A stretch of 64,000 nucleotides of DNA from Myxococcales bacterium (GTDB lineage: Bacteria > Myxococcota > UBA727 > JABDBI01), in contig CP060221.1 of the NCBI GenBank assembly GCA_023898405.1, positions 2,322,481 through 2,386,480 of the forward strand, in the 5' to 3' direction. Positions within the stretch are counted from its first letter, which is position 1. Each line of letters starts with the position of its first letter. A model generated the notes under the pieces. That model had not been told where the DNA came from. It did no database searches and saw nothing but the letters and a program-made list of their open reading frames with translations. The position numbers and the translations under genes are program-made. Positions 60,743 through 64,000 of the stretch are shown here, in pieces.

Positions 60743-61303
60743 ATGGAAAGATATAAAGAATATCGACTAATTATAGATGCTAAAAAATTATTTTTTAATA
60801 TTCTTATTATGCTGTCATTAGCAGGGTGTACGGATGCTGAAAATTCTCCTAAAGCTCCTCGAAAATCTGTGAAAAAGTGGTTGGACAGGTTTGAAATTGC
60901 ATTTAAAGCGAGTTGCAAAATTGATCAAGATGAATGGAGCAATAGTGAACAGTTTAAGCTGATTTTTCCTGAAGATGAACAAAAAATTAGTGCCTTTATT
61001 TTGAAAAAAGGCAGCAATGGATGGTCTCTCTTAAGTCCAAAATTTGCAAATGAAAATGACTTATCGCGCCTGCATTTGCTTTCTGAGCAAGGAAGCTTAT
61101 GCCTTAAGATGGTTAGGCGCAAGGATCAAAAAATTAATGCTGTAGCGATCACTTCTGATTCTTTGGGAACTGATAAAGGTATTAAACAAAATGTTTTTGA
61201 GGATTATGTAGCCCAAAAAATAAAAAGTGGTTCTTGGAAAATCTTTTTCCCAAAAGGTTATACCAAACAGCTGGATGATAAGGGTGATTTCATCCTTGAA
61301 TAA
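60743..61303 (+). CDS. Hypothetical lipoprotein.
   Basis: Lipobox LAGC|T. Confidence 0.4.
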   Translation: MERYKEYRLIIDAKKLFFNILIMLSLAGCTDAENSPKAPRKSVKKWLDRFEIAFKASCKIDQDEWSNSEQFKLIFPEDEQKISAFILKKGSNGWSLLSPKFANENDLSRLHLLSEQGSLCLKMVRRKDQKINAVAITSDSLGTDKGIKQNVFEDYVAQKIKSGSWKIFFPKGYTKQLDDKGDFILE

Positions 61304-61904
61304 GCTGTAAAAATAAAATTCCAAAATTGCTGGAATAACAAAACCAAAAAAAATTAACACCTTATTATAAGTTTACAATTAAGCCCAAAGATATAGCGGC
61401 ATCTGCTATTTGATAGATTAAATCTATGCAAGCAAATCTGGTGGAGATGATGCTGGTGATAAGGAATTACTCAGGTTCTAGCTAAAATTAGGCTAATAGC
61501 GAGCATTGTTCACTTTCAAAAAATTATAATTTAAAAGCCGACAAATACCAAAACGGCTGTGAGAGTGAATTCTGCTCTTCACTATAAACCCATAATTAAA
61601 ATTATGTTAAGTTTTTATTCGGAAAATTACTTAATAAAAGGGGATAGGGTAGCTTTTTGAAAAGTATAGTGCTGTTGGTAAAAGATCTGCTGTTAATATT
61701 TTTATAGGACTTCGAGCAAAGTCTTTATGTGCTTTTAGTAGGGATAAACCACGCTTAGAGAGCGGCCGCTTCATCCACGCATGGCTGCCCAAAAGCTGAA
61801 GTTTGTACTGCTAAAAATTATGAATGATAAAAGCAAAATAAATCTACCATCAATAATGAAATATAGCTGTGCATAGCCAACTATGAAGCCAGAATTACTC
61901 TTAA

Positions 61905-62336
61905 TTGTGCAATCATCTCTCAAAAATTGTTTTAGGGGCTGAAGTAGCTAAGACCTGGACTAAGGTTTACATGGCTACAGTGTATATACGCAAGAGCAGG
62001 TTAACTTTCCGTCAACAAGATCGATTAATAGAGTATTTCGTTGCCAGCACCACAGCGCGAGCTGCTGGAGAATTGATTGCTATTCAGTCTAATACTGCGA
62101 TCAAATTCTTTGTGGGCTTACGAAAATTGATTGCCGGCAAATTGCCCTCATATGATTTATCTGGCGAAATAGAAGCAGAGGAAAGCTATTTTGGAGGAGT
62201 TCGTAAGGGCAAACGAGGGAAAGGGCTGGTGGCAAAGTTTACACAGCCATTATTCCCAATGCAAAAACAGAAATCTTGTCAGCAATCATCGAAGAAAAAG
62301 CAGCTAAAATATTGGTATAAAAACACTAAGCACTAA
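61905..62336 (+). pseudogene. IS1595-family (IS1016/ISXO2-like) transposase remnant, truncated with an internal deletion.
   Basis: LTFRQQDRLIEYFVASTTARAAGEL...EIEAEESYFGGVRKGKRGKG matches the conserved N-terminal half of IS1016-type transposases. The catalytic DDE half is absent. Confidence 0.6.
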
Positions 62337-62460
62337 CTCTTAGCTACTTCATCCCTTGTTTAAAAATCAAAATGGCGTTGTTAAGCCGTTTTAGAAAAAT
62401 ATTTACGATTGCTAAATGAATATAAAAATTAGCAGAAGCAAATAAATGCTCATAGTCTTT

Positions 62461-62564
62461 TGAAAGTCTCTTTGATTTGTTTAACCAAACCAAGGTGTGC
62501 TCGACTATCCATCGTTTTGACCATTATTCTTGTCATCGCCGCGCAGGCGGGGAGAGCAATGACT
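62461..62564 (-). repeat. Copy B1 (right-half, inverted) of the ~150-bp palindrome-bearing repeat.
   Basis: Reverse complement aligns with 21053-21146, including the CCCCGCCTGCGCGG core. Confidence 0.55.
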
Positions 62565-62595
62565 CGTCTCGAAGGGTTTACGGCAAGAGAATAAG

Positions 62596-62700
62596 CTCTT
62601 TACAGGGAATGATTTATATTATTCATTTTAACTAGACGGTTAAGCATTTTGCCTGGATCCCCGCGATAGGGATAATGGTCAAAATGACACATGATAGTGG
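62596..62700 (+). repeat. Copy B2 (left half plus partial right half, direct) of the same repeat.
   Basis: Aligns with 20999-21095. There is an internal deletion across the palindrome. Confidence 0.5.
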
Positions 62701-62803
62701 ACAAAAATGATTTCTTTGATTAGCGAAAAATTATTTTTAATACACTCTTTAAGCTTTGACCTCAAAAAATAACTAATGCCGTTACGAAACAATAGTTTTA
62801 ATT

Positions 62804-63967
62804 TTATTTAGAGGCTCGTACTCGTCTTAATCCATGCCATCCGCTTTGCATGAGATTAGATAACAAAACCCACAAAGGGCTTGCGTTAGGGTTTGGCTTT
62901 TTTCCAAGCCCCATTCTTTTAAGCTGAGCTGTATACCAAAAAATTTCCAATGGTGCTCTTTTGTCAAAAGCTCTGATACCAGATTTTATTGGACGAACCA
63001 TGCTTTGGCTGTTCTTTTGCAGTAATAAATTATTGGCAAAGTCTGGATCAAGAGCAAGGCTGCGCGCAAGCCCAATAAGATCACAAGCGCCCCATTCTAA
63101 TGCGTTATTCATGGCTTGAGCTGTTCTAAAACCGCCTGTTAACATGATTGGGGTTTTAATAAGGCTTCTTACCTTTGCGCAATACTCTAAAAAATAAGCT
63201 TCTCTTTTTATTGTGCTTTCATTCGCTTCGGAACCCATCATCATTTTTGGGGATTCATAGGTCCCACCAGAAATTTCTAAAAGATCGATTCCTTCTTCAG
63301 ATAATCTTTTTACTACTTCCATGGATTCTTCTTCACTAAATCCACCTTTTTGAAAATCCGCTGAATTTAATTTTATTCCCACTGGAAAATCATTTCCTAC
63401 AGCATGACGAATGGCTCTATAAACTTTAATTGCAAAGCGCATGCGATTTTCTAAACTTCCCCCAAAAGAATCGCTGCGTTGATTATGAATGGGAGATAAA
63501 AATTGACTAAGCAAATAACCGTGTGCTCCATGAATCTGAACGCCGCCAAACTGGGCTTTTTTGCACAGTTCTGCGGCATAGGCAAAGCGTTCAATAGTGT
63601 CATAAATTTCTTCTTCGTTCATTGCTCGGGGGGCATTAAAAAAATTAGAGAGAGGAGAAGCGTAACCAATGGCAGAAGGAGCCATAGGTTTTTTGGAAAG
63701 AAATCGTGGGCTTTGTTTGCCTGGGTGATTAAGTTGCACCCAAAACTGAGTGCTATTTTTTGTGCCGGCTTCAGCCCATGCTTTTAGAGCTTCCAAATTA
63801 TCAAGGCCTTTTTCTATAACGACATTGTTGGGCTCACCCAAGGCATTGGAGTTAACCATGATATTTCCGCTGATGAGAAGACCAGCTCCTCCTTGAGCCC
63901 AGCGTTGATATAGGGTGCAGAGATTTTTTGTGGGAGAATGATTTGTATCAGCCATGTCTTCGCTCAT
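62804..63967 (-). CDS. NADH:flavin oxidoreductase (Old Yellow Enzyme family).
   Basis: OYE motifs (GVQIHGAHGYLLSQFLSP; catalytic His/Tyr context). Confidence 0.85.
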   Translation of the reverse strand: MSEDMADTNHSPTKNLCTLYQRWAQGGAGLLISGNIMVNSNALGEPNNVVIEKGLDNLEALKAWAEAGTKNSTQFWVQLNHPGKQSPRFLSKKPMAPSAIGYASPLSNFFNAPRAMNEEEIYDTIERFAYAAELCKKAQFGGVQIHGAHGYLLSQFLSPIHNQRSDSFGGSLENRMRFAIKVYRAIRHAVGNDFPVGIKLNSADFQKGGFSEEESMEVVKRLSEEGIDLLEISGGTYESPKMMMGSEANESTIKREAYFLEYCAKVRSLIKTPIMLTGGFRTAQAMNNALEWGACDLIGLARSLALDPDFANNLLLQKNSQSMVRPIKSGIRAFDKRAPLEIFWYTAQLKRMGLGKKPNPNASPLWVLLSNLMQSGWHGLRRVRASK

Positions 63968-64000
63968 AGCTGATTTGGCGATGCGGTTTTTTATTTTAAC

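Overview
The window is a 64-kb chromosomal segment from a low-GC (~38-40%) Gram-negative bacterium. By eye, a block near 45.3-51.6 kb is much more AT-rich than the rest. The domain repertoire points to a Bdellovibrionota/Oligoflexia-like or related delta-type lineage, but the taxon is not certain. The supporting domains are System II cytochrome c biogenesis (ResB/CcsA), a Ser/Thr kinase with a PEGA domain, Myxococcus-type cysteine-rich repeats with MopE-like metal-binding motifs, and spore-coat-U (Csu-type) pili. 

The conserved core genes are lexA, mqo, glyA, pyrB, carA, purA, a tRNA cluster (Thr-Tyr-Gly-Thr then Trp), secE-nusG-rplK-rplA-rplJ-rplL, truB, coaE, ccs1/ccsA, engB, rpsT, spoT/rel and rho. 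Between and around them sit accessory genes that look secreted or eukaryote-like. These are an OTU-like cysteine protease lipoprotein next to an ankyrin-repeat protein, a class-3 lipase, two secreted EEP hydrolases, a secreted SAM methyltransferase and an S41 peptidase. 

Four things stand out. First, a 5.5-kb tandem duplication encodes two ~870-aa secreted mosaic proteins: the promoter, signal peptide and a 1.8-kb central cysteine-rich stalk are identical, while the N-terminal segment and the C-terminal C-type-lectin-like domain are divergent. This looks like a gene-conversion or cassette-type variable surface/adhesin system and is the most striking feature in the window. Second, an IS5-family element with 20-bp inverted repeats and a TTA target duplication abuts an AT-rich island of orphan secreted proteins. 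Third, an IS1016/IS1595-like transposase remnant is accompanied by a ~150-bp palindrome-bearing repeat family that also occurs beside the adhesin locus. Fourth, the usual tuf/rpoBC context of the ribosomal-protein operon is missing.
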